This document shows, piece by piece, positions 10,866 through 24,500 of a stretch of DNA of 64,000 nt; within the stretch, counting starts at the first letter, position 1, and the number at the start of each line of letters is the position of its first letter. The notes beneath the pieces were generated by a model. The model had not been told where the DNA came from. It worked only from the letters and a program-made list of their open reading frames with translations, and searched no databases. Location: the NCBI GenBank assembly GCA_039621445.1, contig CP154954.1, positions 24,254,954 through 24,318,953 on the forward strand, written 5' to 3'. Made by a program: the position numbers and the translations under genes. Source of the stretch: Euglena gracilis. Taxonomy: Eukaryota.

Positions 10866-12121
10866 GGAGGCCTTGGCCGCTGGCTGGCTGGCTGGCCCGG
10901 GCTATGACCCCCGTTCCCTGCTTCAGGGGAACCTCCATCCCCTTGCCACCTCCAGGCCAAGCACCTCCAGCGACAAATCCTGACGATTTTGCCAAGGTGT
11001 TCGCAGCAGGGAAGAGACTGGATTATGCCGCACCCAACCCAACAAATGACGAATCACAACTAATCAAGACTGAGCCTAAATTTACATCAAAAGAAAGGAG
11101 GGATGAAGAATGTTCCTTTTTTGATAACGATTTGACACCGCTTGTCCAAAACCTTTTGGATTTGCAGTTTCTGCAGTTTCTGTCAGTCTGTCTCGTGCTT
11201 TTTTCCCTAAGAGTGTTGTTTCTTTTCTCTTCACTGGCATTTCTGTGTGGTTCTTTGAATGGACCCGTCCTGTTTCTGTGGGAGTGTTACCCCCCCCCCC
11301 CTCAAACTCAAATCAGCCCCCAAAATCCTACATTGTTCACCGTCAGGGCTGTTTGCCTTTCTGGCGTGAAAACGTATCCCCCAAAAGTTAGCCCTCAAAC
11401 CATGGCTCAAGCAAAGCCTGGGGAGGGTTGGCTGACTTCAAGCCCTGGCACTGAACCAGACCTTTCTTTGTCCCTCCTGGGTTGTTGGAGATTGGTTGGT
11501 GGTTTTGTGTCGTTTGGCAAAAGACCGGACTGTCAATTCCGTTTTACGATTTTAATGTTGTGGGTCGGCAGGGTGGGTAAATCAGACTTCTTTTAAACTC
11601 AGAAGACCCCCCCCCCCCCGGAGGGGTTGGGCTGTCCAGGGCTGGACTCCCCCACGTGGGGTTCCCGCACCAGGCTGGGTGGGTGGATGGGACCTCCCCT
11701 GTTTATATCTGCACAGTTCCGTAAGTTTGCATCCGCCAAAGTTCTTGACACATCGGAGATGCATGTTATGTCTGCCCTCTCACCCTGATTGTGCCTCCAC
11801 TCCCCCAGTGGACGTTGGGGATGCACCCCACCTGCACCCAATTTGCTGGGAGGCAACTCTCAGCGGTGGCATATGTTTTGTGCTGTTCTGGCACTTCAAG
11901 CTTTTGCTGCCTCAACCGCAGCTGTAACCATAAGTGCAGAATCAAGCCCCGTTCACCAGGTCAGGCAAAACAGGTGTCAGCCTCCTGGGCTGCCTCCCTC
12001 CCCCACCCCGCCATGGACACAGGCTGTATTTTTTTGAGGTGGTGTTGGGACCACAGGGTTCCGCTTCACGTCTCTTTAGTCACCATTGTCCCACACCAGC
12101 ACACCAGGGTTTGTCCCCGGG

Positions 12122-12275
12122 AAACAGCGTTTCGTGTCGCATCTACTTCCCCCGGTGGGCGGAGGTGGTAAACCGTCATTTTCAAAATGGGAAAAGTCGA
12201 TTTGCCCAGAAAAAAAGCCCGGGGGTCGAAAGAAATGACAACTTCGGTACCACCGGATTTCAACTGATGGTGCTC
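12122..12275 (-). repeat. Inverted diverged copy of ~2240-2408
   Basis: aacagcgtttcgtgtcgcatctacttc...aaaccgtcattttcaaaa...cccgggggtcgaaag is the reverse complement of sequence inside the 2138-5474 element. Confidence 0.75.
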
Positions 12276-13601
12276 CCACCACTGGTGACTAGCAACGTGC
12301 TTGCTTCCGGCCCCCGAACCGCTTTCTGTCCCAGTTCCGCCTCTGCCCCCCCAACCACATCTGCCTCTTCCGTCTCTGGACGGAGAGAGGTGTGTGCCCC
12401 CCCCCCCCAGCCCCCGATTGACGTGCCCCCCTCTGTCACTCATGACAGCATGACAAGTACGTCAAGGTTCCGACCAGGCTGCAGTTTAATGTGAGGTCGA
12501 CCCCATCCAGGGGGGCTGGTGGGCAGGCACTCCGACACCCACACCGACACCCGGGGGGGGGTTGGACATATGGCCTTGGTTGTGCCAGAGCCGCCAAGAA
12601 TAAATAATGTATTTTTGGGCAAATTTCCACTTAAACCTAGGCAGGCACGACCCCCCTCCCGAAAGTAGTTCCTGTGCTATTGAGGCTCCCCCTCCCGTGG
12701 GGTTGGTCAAGTTCAGCCTGACTCCAACAGCCAGTGGGCCGCTCATCGGTTGTGTGTGTTCAGCGGTTGGACAGGTCCTTGGTGGGGAAGGAACCCACTT
12801 GCAAACCAGCCCCACTTACAACTCCCCCTATTTATTTGTTTAACCCCCCTCGGGCCGACAAACCAAACTTTGGCTCATAATCTCCCCCAGGGGAAAAAAA
12901 AGAAAGACGCCGGGGATGATTTTTGGGTCGCAACACCCCCAAAACCATTTTTTTTTACGTGACCGCATGCATTCTCCGGACATTAACCACCCCCAAAATG
13001 GCCGTTTTGGGGCACAAATCCTAGCTGGAACATCGGCAACCAAAACGGCGTATGGAGGGCGACATCTTGTGGAATATAGCCTCTCCAGGGACACACTTGG
13101 TTTGGCATACACTTTCGGAAATAATGTAAAAAACATAATGGAAAAAATGATTTTTTGGACCGAAAATCTCACCCCGGTGTAATGTCGAGTGGAAACTGGG
13201 GGGGGGGTTGGCTAATCCTACTCAGTTTGGGTCCGTTATCGGCTGAACAACTCAGGCCTGGCGGGGAGTTGGGTCGGAAAGCCAGGATCCAGTCGTTCAC
13301 GGCGGGAAAAAAATTCCGGGCACAGGCCATGGTGATAATCCACAGACCTACACCCCTTTCCCCAGAGGCGAGCTCTGCTCTTACTCTGAAGGTGGAGGGG
13401 GAAATATGCAAGTTTGCATAATTTACATTCTTTGCATAATCTAAATCTTAAAAATTTGCGCTGTTTTGCATGGTTTGCATTTTTGTCGCATTTTAATAAA
13501 AAGTCGCATTTTTTTTTGCGTTTTTCTGTATTTTTTTGTGTATCCAGGTATGCCCATGTTTGTTGTTGCATTTTGCACATGCAAATTGCTCCACTTTCAG
13601 A

Positions 13602-14206
13602 CAGGCCATACAATTGCTAGACCATTGCCAGTGTGCGTTACACCATGGGTCATTACCCCCCCCCCCCCAAAATAAGACCCCCCCCCCCTGGGCCGATCGA
13701 GCAAAAATCCAAAAGTAAGACCCCCCCAAAATAAGATCCCCCTGACCCGAAGTGCCGAAGGCGGTGAAAATTTTCCTTGAAAAGCTACCAAAAAAACACC
13801 CAATTTCGCACAAAAAATGGTGAAATTTCAAACATTTTCGGATTTTGAAGTGTAACAAACATGCTAAATGTCAGCTCTCACCAATTTACACATGGTGCGA
13901 AGCGCCAAAGGAAAATTTTTAATGCTTTTGGGAACCTAAAAAATAATTTTTTTTCGGTCGGTCAAGAAAAAAATCCAAAAATAGGACCCCCCCCTGGAGG
14001 TTTCCAGCAACGGACCCAAAAATAAGACCCGGGTTTTATTTTTGTGGGGGGGTTTACACCATGGGTGGGCGAATGCCTGAGTGTTCCCCTTATCAGGGTC
14101 CCTCCCCGAGACAAAGGCAGAAAAGTATGTTGGGCTCTTTTTTTGACTTGGTCTGCCGCCTTTCCCATGGGGCACTGTGGCTTCCCCAGGGTAGGGTGCA
14201 CGCGAT
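13602..14206 (+). repeat. Diverged direct copy of 10288-10749 (MITE plus its flanks)
   Basis: Both copies start caggccataca.ttgctagaccattgccagtgtgcg and end gggcactgtgg.ttccccagggtagggtgcacgcgat. Confidence 0.85.
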
Positions 14207-17200
14207 GCTCTTTGGGTGTAAATGTTCTCATTTACACCGCTCGTTCTTTTTCTCAGACAGGGTTTTATTTCTTTCATTCATTTTAACTCATTGGGCGTCG
14301 TGGCTGTGAGCAGTCCAGATCGCCCCTCTGCTGGTTCAGCGTTTTGTGTTGGGTTAAATTGTGTCCGCATCGATGCTGTTGCCTGGAATACGCCCAACTG
14401 CTGTGTTTCCAGCCGCCCCATACACCCCTGCAGAAACCCCGGCGTAACTAACGCACGTCGCCTCACCTTAGACCTATACCGCTCCTCGCAGCGACGCTTG
14501 CTGCCCCCTGCATGACGTCCCGTCTGTGGTTGGGGGCAGGGGTCCTGCACCAGTATATGGGTGACATGCTCGTCCCTCATATTCATTCTTCAATGCCCCG
14601 CGCACGTCATGTCCCTCATGTGCCCAACTTCCACTTTCAGTTGCCCATTCGTTTGAAGTTCTCTTGTTGACCGACAGCACAACTGGTGTCTGGTGTGGTG
14701 CTTTCATGAATTGTGCAGGATCCAATCACGCAAAACCACAACCTCATACCCTTCCGATGCACAACATGAATCACGATATTGTTTGAGATTGTTCAGCTGC
14801 AATAATTTAATATTCAGGTCAGCAAGGATTCCTCTTTTGGAAGTCTCTGAGGCAAGCCTTCCCTCCCAAGGAGATTGAATTTACAAAAAGTTTGGCCAAA
14901 TTTCTTAGTGCAGGTTTTTTCCCGCTTGTCAGATTTTGGGGTTAGGGGTGTCCTCACCAACCCCTCCACCCCTCCTTTCCCTCAGGGAGGGGGTTTACTC
15001 CCTGACAAAGGGCGGGAGGGGGGATATGCGGAGCGCATACTTTCCGCATATTCCGCATTTTAGCGCATCACTTTTTTTGGCCAAAAAGCGCAAATTTCGC
15101 TTATTTTGCACATATTCAGCACATATTCCGAGGGTTGTCAGGATTTTCCCGCTGTGTATTTTCTTCGTTCCCACATATATTTTTTTGCTTATTTTCTGCA
15201 TCTCATTGGGCCATGTTGATTTTATTCAAACCATTTTATGCCATTTGCTCTCATTTTGGGGCCATTTTTGGCCCTTTTTTTTGCCAATTTTGGCCCATTT
15301 TGGTCCATTCTGAGCCACAGGGGCCCTGTTTGAGTCGTTTTCACCACTGTTGGCCATTTTTGGTCATTTTTGGCCATTGCTGGCAATTGTTTTTTCAGCT
15401 CAAAGTGGACAAAATTGGTCCAAAATGGTCCCAGAATGGCCCGAATGGCTCGAAATGGTCATAAATGGTCCGTAAATGGTCTAGACCCGGGGGGGGGGGT
15501 TCTGGAGCCAAAAACCAGCCACTATGAAAAAGCAGTTAATCATCCCCCGGGGAAACACACCTCAAGCAATGATATGGAACCTGCTCCCTCCCCCCCGAAG
15601 GCCAGCTTTTTCCAGCCAGCAGCTCCCAGCCGGGCTGAGGACCTCCCCCGGGTCCTATAAAATAAAATTCAGGCCAGCCCGACGAAGCTGTGCTGGAAGA
15701 CACGCAGGGTGGGTGGGGGATGGGATCCCAATGGCGTGGCAAACGTGCCAAAATGAAAGTGCCCCAAAAAGGTGAAACGCCGGACCAAAGGTAATAAAAT
15801 ATTTACATTTGGCATTGTTGGGGAAAGGGCCACCTTCTGGATGGTTTTTTCTGGAGGTTTAAGGAGTTTGGTCTTTTCAGACCCCTTTGCAGGGGGGATA
15901 TGCGCCAAAAGGTGTGCGTTAAAATATGTGGGAATATGCGCTAAACATTAGGAAATTATGCGGAAAATATGCGATTTTTCGAAAATCAGGCCATATTTGG
16001 CTTGTTCAGGTGATCCAATCAGCAAGTCATTTCAACCCATTATGGATCATTTTAGGACCATTTCTGTCCATATCTGGCCACAATCGGCTGTTTTCGAACG
16101 GTACCATTTTACCATTTTTGGCCGAGTGGCCAAAGTGACCGACCCTCTCCCCCCGGGGGGGAGGAAGTGGGTGAATGGTGTTTTTGAAAGTGGGAAGGAA
16201 GAAGTATATAGGCAATGGTATGGTAGGGTCCCCTCTATCCAAGCACTTTCGATGCAGGGCGATGCAAGAATATTGGAGGCCAAAGGTGGGGTTCCAATGC
16301 AGGGCAATGCAGGCATTTTTTTGGCTATCGTTGAACATTTTCCAGTGATTCGCCGCATTGGCGGCTTTTTTTAGCCTGGTTTTTTTTAAGGCACTGACTT
16401 TTGGCATTTTTTGGGGGGGGGTGATTTTTGGCCGTTTTTTTGGACATTTTTGGCCCATTTTGACAATTTGACCATTTCTCCATTCTGCAAGGCTTCATGC
16501 TGTCATGTGATTCAGCCAGCGGATGCGGGTATTGGAGTGGATGCGGAATGATGGCATGCGGGAATTGGAACGGATGCGGACTGTTGACACTTGAGCAAAT
16601 GCGGGGATGTGGCTACCGGATGCGGCTTCTGGAGCAGGTGCAGCTACATGGCTGGATGCCAGCCAAGTCGGGATGCGGGTACTGGAGAGATGCGGAAATG
16701 CATGTACTCCAGCATATGGGGGTCAAAATCAGCCAAAAGTGGCCAAAAGTGGCCAAAAGTGGCCAAAAGTAGCACAAAAGGCCAAAGTGGCAAAAAGCAG
16801 CAGAAAGAAACAGGGCACCATTTGAGCATTTCAAAGGCGATGCGGGGCGCTGCAGGGCGATGCGGGACCCAAAGGGGTGGGTGACCGAAGGCTTATGAAA
16901 ACCCCTGGCAGCCTCATAAAATTTTTTCGTGCAAAGAGCCGCAGCCCGTGGGACCCCCGGGTCCTTAAGAAGAAAATAACAACAACAAAACTACCTCAGG
17001 CTGCTTCAGGCGTTGCTCTGACTGGTGTTCTTGGTTGCTTCCTCCTGCCCGCCCCCCCCCACTCCTTCAGGTTCCAAGTCTGCCTCTGAGGAGAGGGAGA
17101 CTGGACGACCTCGGTTGTGTTTCTTCCCCAGCACCAGAAGGATCCTCCTTGTCACTTGTTCCGTGGCTGTTGCCCCGCGGAGCGGCACGTGAGGCCCCCC

Positions 17201-19379
17201 AGCACTCTTCTGCCCTGCAGCGAAGCAACCTCCCTCCTCACGCCGGGTTACATATGGCCAAGCCCTTCCCGGGCGAGGAGTTGGGTGAGCCGAGGACATA
17301 TTGGATGAAGGTCAGCCAGATCCTGGTTCGACAGGAGGGTGTTGGGGATTGGGGGGGGGGTCCCTGCCCTTGGCCAGGGAATCAGCCAAACAGCCAGGCC
17401 TGGGAGCACCAATTTTTGACCCCAAAAATTTTTCCTGGCGCTTTGGGTGCCTGGTGAAAATCAGTGAAATGCTGTGGTGGGTGGGGGGGGTCGACCCCCC
17501 CACCGTTCTTTCCCGTTCTGCGCTGCCCTTGACCATCGTGGGTCCAGACCATCCCACCTGCCAGGAGCCCATTTCCTGGGGCAGGCCCTCTGAACATTTT
17601 CCAGCATGCCACGCTGGCCGGTGTGGGTCTTAGGTTGGCGTATGCCTTTTATTTCAGGGATGTTCATTCGGATCTCCAGGATGATGCCTCTCAAACCAGG
17701 AGAATGATGCTACTGACTGGAAAATGGTCCACACAGGGCAGGGTTTAAACACCACATACAGGGCACCCCACTCCCAGTGGGAAGGGGTCTAACCAGCAGC
17801 CTTTTTCCACCCCTGGTCCCCGACACTATTTTACAGCCATCTCACGATGATGATGATAATAATGATAATACTTTTTTGAAGTAATCATGAAGAATACTAG
17901 AATTGCCCCTGTTCATAACTTCTTTTGTGTTTTATGTAGTCCTCGCTTAAGGGATAAGAGCCCCCCACCACAGTTGAGAAAGAGGGGGTACAAGTGGATA
18001 TTTCCCACCGTCAATGGAGAGGGGGGTGGCCTTGGGGGGCAATACCAGCCGAGGCCAGAGGTCTGTCCCCCCAAGGGGGGAGTCCAGTCACGTACATGTA
18101 CAAAAAAGGACAGAGGCAGACTGTGGGCCCTGGCGTTCGGTCACAGTGGCCAACGTGGTTCTGGACCCACTCTTTCAAATGTTTCGCTTTGCACCGACAA
18201 TCTTTCGATTCGGCTCGTCAGGCTGCAAACCTTCACCTTGAAGGATAGCCTTGGATGGACTTGTCTGGCTGGGCGCGTTGCGCCTTACCTCTCTCTTATC
18301 AGATCCATTCTTGTTTGACTGAGTTGTATGGTGCGCGCTTCTGCCATCACTGCGCATGCGCTGGCTGAAATCAGTTTCCAAAGAGAGGTCAGAATTGTAT
18401 TTTTGGGTTTTTTTTGGTGTTTTGCTCAAGAAACCTAATGATCCTTTGCGTGTTGGCCCCTTCTTGGGACAATTTTGGGAGCAAGCCGAACGTTGGTTTG
18501 CTCAAGGTCCCGTCAACCTTTTCAAACCACTGGCTGCCAGCTTTTTTACGTGGAAACAGATAGACAGCAGGGGAATTGTGCAAAAAAAAACACCCCAAAA
18601 TACTCCCCTGAAGCGCTGGGTATGGGTTCAATTTTCACTGAAAAATCACCCCAAACCCCAATTTCAGATGCAAAAATGATGAAAATTTGAAGGTTGCAGA
18701 TTTTGAAGTACAAAAAAAAAACATGCTGAATGTCAACTTACTCCGATTAACACACGGCACGAAGCGCCGAAGGAAAGATCTTGGAACCTGAAAAGTGGTG
18801 TGTGATGTTTTTTCGGGTTTTTTTTCTGGGCCTGGGTCGGTCAAAAAATAAGACCAGGTTTTGTGCAGTTCTAAGCTCTTCACGTGTGTGATGGTGCCAT
18901 GCTGCAGCAAATGTTTGATGCGTGCGGCAGATGTTTGAGGCGGTCGGTGGCCCAGTGCCCGGCCCGGTGGCCTATCCTGGCCGGCAGCCCAGCTGGCGGC
19001 CGGTGGCCCGGCAGCCCGGCCCAGCCCAGGAAATGGCTGAAAAATGGCCGTGACTCGGGCTACACAAAGATTTGGTGGAAAAAGTGAAGCATGGTTGGAT
19101 TTGGCATTCCAAGGGATTTAATTATTTTTGAAGCCTGTTTCTGAAGCCTGTTTCATCAGCAATACAATGCACCAAGTTGCAGAGCCCAGCTCCTCGGGGT
19201 TCCTGACTTGTGGCACATTTTTTCTTACCACCACATACAGCCAAGCACAAGGTTACATTGGTTTCGGTCGGGCAAAAATTAGGCAACCTCGTAAAGATTT
19301 TTGGACCAGTGCGTCGTAAAGATTTTGCCGTCAAGGACAGGGGGGTCCCCCCGGTCCTCTCAGAAACGTCTGTGTTGCG

Positions 19380-19991
19380 TGCTCTGCTATTGTGGAAACG
19401 CCGACGAGTGCCATGATTGCGGCGCCCCCTGATTGTGGAAGTGGCTACGCGGCCAGGCTCCTGTGTCTAAAACAGGGCTTAAAATGACTTCCCAACCCTT
19501 GTTAATCCTTGTCAATAACACTTTCGGGAATATTGCTGTGTCTCGGACAAGGGCTGGGTGGGAATGTAAAATGAAATAACTGGCTGAATTAATTGTAATA
19601 CATAGGTATTGTCATGAGTGGCAAAAATGGCACGAAACTCGGAACACAACGTGTCGAGCATTCACAAAGATTGCTTTTTGCAGCTTCGTGTTTTTTTAAT
19701 CAAATTCTTCCGACAATGTAATGATTTTGTACAAAAACAGCAATTGTGGTGTAATCATCGTTGATTCTATCCTTCTTTGTAGTGCGTGCTTTCAAAAAAA
19801 GTCTCCTGAAAAATGGGTGTTTTGAAAATCGCTCCAGAGTTTTTGAATTTGAAAAAATTTTGGTGGAAACAGCCCAAGGGTGTGAAAATGGGTGTCTGCA
19901 CCCGACCCCTCTGGCTGCAATGCCATGGAGGTTCCAGCGTGTCGTCCATGTTGGCCCCTCCTGTAGCTCTGCAGTGACTCATGCAGCGCCG
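19380..19991 (+). repeat. Segment present three times (also within 31617-32671 and 34654-35700)
   Basis: Near-identical text from tgctctgctattgtggaaacgccgacg onward. The other two copies carry ~450 bp extra between ...tttgaattt and ...tggtggaaac. Confidence 0.9.
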
Positions 19992-20333
19992 TGCCCCACT
20001 TCCTCGCCCCTCCCGATGCGTAGGTTTGCGCTGGTTGGCATTGCTTGCCAACCTGCTCGCAGGCTGTATCGGCCCGCCTTTTGGAGGTTCTTTTCTTTGG
20101 GTATTGTGGAAATGGGCTTTCTGGGCTTCTGGCATCTTCAGGGCCGAAGGCGCCTTGGCCAGGGGTTTTCTTAAGCCGGAGGGTACCATCCCCGGGGGGG
20201 GTCCAGCCAGCCAGCAGCTCAAATCCAGCCAGCAGCCTAAATTCGGGCTGGGAGCCCCCCCCCCCCCGGGGTCGAGTGAAATAAAGTTGGGTTCCAGCCC
20301 AGAAGCTGTACACTTTTCCCACGGGGCGGGCTG

Positions 20334-21521
20334 ATCCTACCCAGTTTGACCCCTTCGCGCGTGAATAATTCGGGCCTGGCAGGGAGTTGGGGGTCAAACC
20401 CAGGTGATTCGGTAACTAGAAATCCAGTCGCTCGCGACTGAAAAAAAAATTCCGGGAACGGGGCCGGGATCATGGTGATAATCCGACGGTTCTCCTGGTG
20501 GCCCCGACCCGGGGGGGGGGAGGGGGGGGTCGAGGGGGGGGTTTCGCCGGGTGTAAGCTTCGCTCTTATCCATAAAGGGAGCGACCCCCGGGGGGGTAGC
20601 GGCTCATTTCCAGCCAGCAGCCTTTTTGCCAGCCGGAGGCTGAACCCCCCCCGGGGGCCCTTCAGAAGCTCCTGACCTTGGCCGATGTGCTAACCCCCCG
20701 CCAAAATAACCCCCCTGACGATGCGTAGCACTGGGACGGTGAAAAATGTCCCTGATAAATCAACAAAAAGCCCAATCACAAAAAGGTCACAAAATGATGA
20801 AATTTCAAAGATTTTCCAATTTTTGAAGTGCAAAAAAACCATGGTAAATGTCAATTTATACCAGTACATACATGGCGCGAAGCGCCGAAGGAAGAATCTT
20901 AGTGTTTTTGGGAACCTGAAAAATGATGATTTTTTCAGGCCCCGGTCGACCAAGAGAAAAGCTAAAAATAAAACTTCCCAAAATACGACCCCACTGGAGG
21001 TTTCCAGCAACCCCCATAAAAGACCCAGGTCTCATTTTGGGGGGTTCCTTTGGGACACCCCCCCCAGGGTGGGGTCGACCCCACCTTGAAATTCAGGCTG
21101 GCAATCTGGGCTAGCAGCATCCCCAGTGGGCGTTGCCGTGGCTGGGGTGGGGACAAAATTGGAATAAATTTTTTCTTCCTCTTTTTTAAATTATAAAAAA
21201 TTAAAATTCTGGTGATTTTCTGACATTTTTGAAGCCACCATTCTTTCCTTCATGTTAGATTTTCCTTGTTCAAGGTCCCAACCAAGGAAATTTTTAAAAA
21301 GTTTGGATCCCGGTGGGGGAGGGGGTAGGGTGGGTGGGTCTGCCAGACACTTTCCCGGCCTGACGGCTGTCACCGCCCACCGCCTGGGTGGTTCCCCCTT
21401 GAGAGCCCCTGCCGCAGACGGGGGTTTTGACCATGGCCATTTCCGCTTTTTTTTTGACCCCAAAGTGATCCCCAAAAATGTGGGTCCCCTGAACCGCCCC
21501 TCCCCCCCCCGCCCGAAGGTA
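20334..21521 (+). repeat. Left copy of a long direct repeat (right copy ~38925-39770), including a subfamily-2 unit end
   Basis: Same module order in both copies. The left copy has ~440 bp of extra MITE-related sequence after gatgcgtagcactgggac. Confidence 0.85.
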
Positions 21522-21538
21522 AATCCCAACCAAATATT

Positions 21539-24500
21539 ACCAGGGTGTGACGTAGAGCTGAGCTCTTTGGGATACCACCCCAGCCCGGCCCGGCGCCCGG
21601 CGCGGCCCGGCGGCCCGGCCCGGCGGCACGGCCCGGCGGCACGGCCCGGCGGCCCGGCCGGCGGCCCGGCGGCCCGGCGGCCCAGCCCAGCGGCCCGGCG
21701 GCCCGGCCGGCGGCCCGGCGGCCCGGCGGCCCGGCCGGCGGCCCGGTGGCCCGGCCGGCGGCCCGGCGGCCCGGCAGCCCAGCGGCCCGGCCGGCGGCCC
21801 CGCGGCTCGGCGGCCCGACCCGGCTGGCGGGTCGAAAAACGCTCATTTTCGGCTCAAAAACAGGTTTTAAGGGTCCTGGAGGCCAAAAAACGTTGTTCTG
21901 GGCAAAATTTTTTTTTGATTTTTTCGACTTTTTTTGGCCCAGTTTTGACCCAAATTCAATGGGTTGGTGGCCCAAAACGGGGCGCTGGAGGGTCGAAAAA
22001 CGCTCATTTTTGGCTCGAAAACACTTTTTTGGGGTGCGGGAGGTCAAAAATCATGGTTTTGGGCAAAATTTTTTTGCAAATTTTTTCGACTTTTTGACCC
22101 AAAAATGGCTAAGTCCACCGGCCAGGGGGGCAGGGGGGGGGTCCGGGTCGGAAAAAACTTTTTCGCCCAAAAACACTTTTTTTTGATGTTCTGAAGTGAA
22201 TAAAAGTGTTTTTGAGCGAAAAAATTTTTTCCAAAATTTTGGGTCCCGACCTGCCACCCGACCCGCCCTCACTGCGCCTGCAGGGGTCCCCGAATACCCA
22301 AAACTGGCCCAAAATCGCGCAACCAGGCCCCGGGAACCCCAAAAAACGGTCAAAACCCCCCCCTAAACCTAATGTTTGACCCCCGGTTTGGGTCCCAACT
22401 CCTCGTCTAGCCCGAGATACGGCCAATTTACGGTTTCGGGCCCCGAAATGGCCAGAACTGGCAAAACTAGCCCAAAACCCCCAAAACGGCCATATCTCGG
22501 GCTAGGCGAGGAGTTGGCCCAAACTGCGCATACCGATCGATCGGGCGTCCCAAAGTTGTGGAAGGATGTCCTCTTCACTTTTTCTCAACTCCGCAGCATT
22601 TTCGAGATATTTTGAATTTTTCGATTTTTGACCCCAAAATCACCCTGCAATTTCCCCGAAAAAAAAAACGGTAGACAACTTTTTTGCTCGGGCCACATCT
22701 CCGGACTGGCGGGGAGTTGCGGGTAACCTAAGGGCTCTGGAGGTACTAGGGATCGTCCCCTGACCTATGGGCCATTCACTTTGGGGGCCACGAAATCCAG
22801 TCACATCGATAATCCCGGGGTTTCCGGACCTACCCAGGGGGGGGGGGGGGGTGGGGGTCCGACCCGCCTCCGGCCCCGGTGGTAAGCTTCGCTCTTACTC
22901 TAAAGAGATAAGAGCTCAGCGACCAGGGTGTGACGTAGAGCTGAGCTCTTTGGGAGACCACCCCAGTCCGGCCGGCGCCCGGCCCGGTCCGGACCGGCCC
23001 GGCCGGCGGCCTGGCGGCCCGGCGGCCCGGCCATGCCGGCGGCCCGGCGGCCCGGCGGCCCGGCGGCCCGGCGGCCCGGCGGCCCGGCAGCCCGGCTGGT
23101 GGCCCGGCGGCCCGGGCCCGGCGGCCTGGCCCGGCCGGCGGCCCGGCCCCGGCCCGGACCGGCCCGGCAGCCCGGCCCGGCGAGGCCGGCGGCCCGGCGA
23201 GGCCGGCGGCCCGGCCCGTCCCGGCCGGCGGCCCGGCGGCCCGGCCCGGCCCGGCCGGCGGCCTGGCGGCCCGGCCCGGCCCGGCCCGGCCGGCGGCCCG
23301 TGGAGCTCTTTTGACTGAAATGCAAGAGTTTTGTGCCCAAAACGGGGCGCCGGGGGTTGGAAAACGTCCATTTTCGGCTCAAAAAAACACCGTTTCCGGG
23401 TCCGGGAGGCCAAAAAACATCGTTTCGGGCGAAAATAATTTTCGAATTTTTTCGACTTTTTTCGACTTTTCGACCGAAAATCAATGGGTTTGCGGCCCAA
23501 AACGTGGCGCCGGCGGGTCGAAAAACGCTTGTTTTCGGCTCAAAAACAGTTTTTCTGGGTCTGGGAGGCCAAAAAACATTGTTTCGGGCAAATTTTTTTT
23601 TGGATTTTGTTCGACTTTTTTGACCTGGTTTTGACCCAAAGTCAATGGGTTGGCAGCCCAAAACGGGGCGCTGGAAGGTCGAAAAACGCTCGTTTTCGGC
23701 GGGAGGTCAAAAAACATGGTTTTGGGCGAAAATTTTTTTTGACTTTTTTTGACTTTTTGACCCAAAAATGGCTAAGTCCACCGGCCAGGGGGGGCGGGCC
23801 CCAGCCAGGGGGGGGGGGGCATGCGGGGGGGGGGGTCCGGGTCGGTAAAATTTTTTTCGCTCAAAAACACTTTTTTTGATGTTCTGAAGTGAAAAAAAGT
23901 GTTTTTGAGCGAAAAAAAATTTCAGAATTTTGGGTCCCGACCTGCCACCCGACCCCCCGCCCAGCCGCCCTCACGCCGCCCGGTGGGGTTCCCGAATACC
24001 CAAATCTGCCCCAAATTCGCACAACCAGACCCCGGGAACCCCAAAAAACGGTCAAAACACCCCCCTAAACCAATGATTGACCCCCTGGTTTGGGTCCCAA
24101 CTCCCCGTCTAGCCCGAGATACGGCCAATTTACGGTTTCGGGCCCCGAAATGGCCAAAACTGGCAAAACTAGCCCAAAAACCCCCAAAACGGCCGTATCT
24201 CGGGCTAGGCGAGGAGTTGGCCCAAACCGCGCATACCGATCGATAGGGCGTTCCAAGGTCGTCAAATTAGGTCGCCATCACTTTTCCTCAACTCCGCAGC
24301 GTTTTCGAGATATTTTGAATTTTTCGATTTTTGGACCCCCAGCCGGCGGCCCTCGAACCCCCGCAGGGGTCCCCGAATACCCAAAAATGGCCCAAAATCG
24401 CACAACCAGACCCCGGGAACCCCAAAAAACGGTCTAAACCCCCCCTAAACCTAATGATTGACCCTCTGGTTTCGGTTCCAACTCCCCATCTAGCCCGAAA

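Noticed and set aside
10529-11596. 355-aa ORF as a single gene
   Set aside because: It begins inside a MITE, crosses compositionally unrelated segments and shows no recognisable domain.
17006-17300. Possible exon on either strand
   Set aside because: Several frames are open, but none has clear codon bias or a phase-consistent partner exon.
22884-22921. SECIS element or C/D box K-turn in the minus-strand hairpin (CUGA...GA)
   Set aside because: It lacks the RUGA context, the apical AA and a box C, and there is no associated Sec-containing ORF.
22924-22962. tRNA-Pro-like head (CAGGGTGTGACGTAG...CTTTGGGAG) suggesting a SINE
   Set aside because: It is too short, with no T-arm or B box (GTTCRA) and no cloverleaf.
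21252-23661. Long Pro/Gly/Arg/Ala-rich ORFs on both strands
   Set aside because: They arise from stop-free CCGG/GGCC low-complexity tracts inside the repeat unit, and the frames are not conserved between units.
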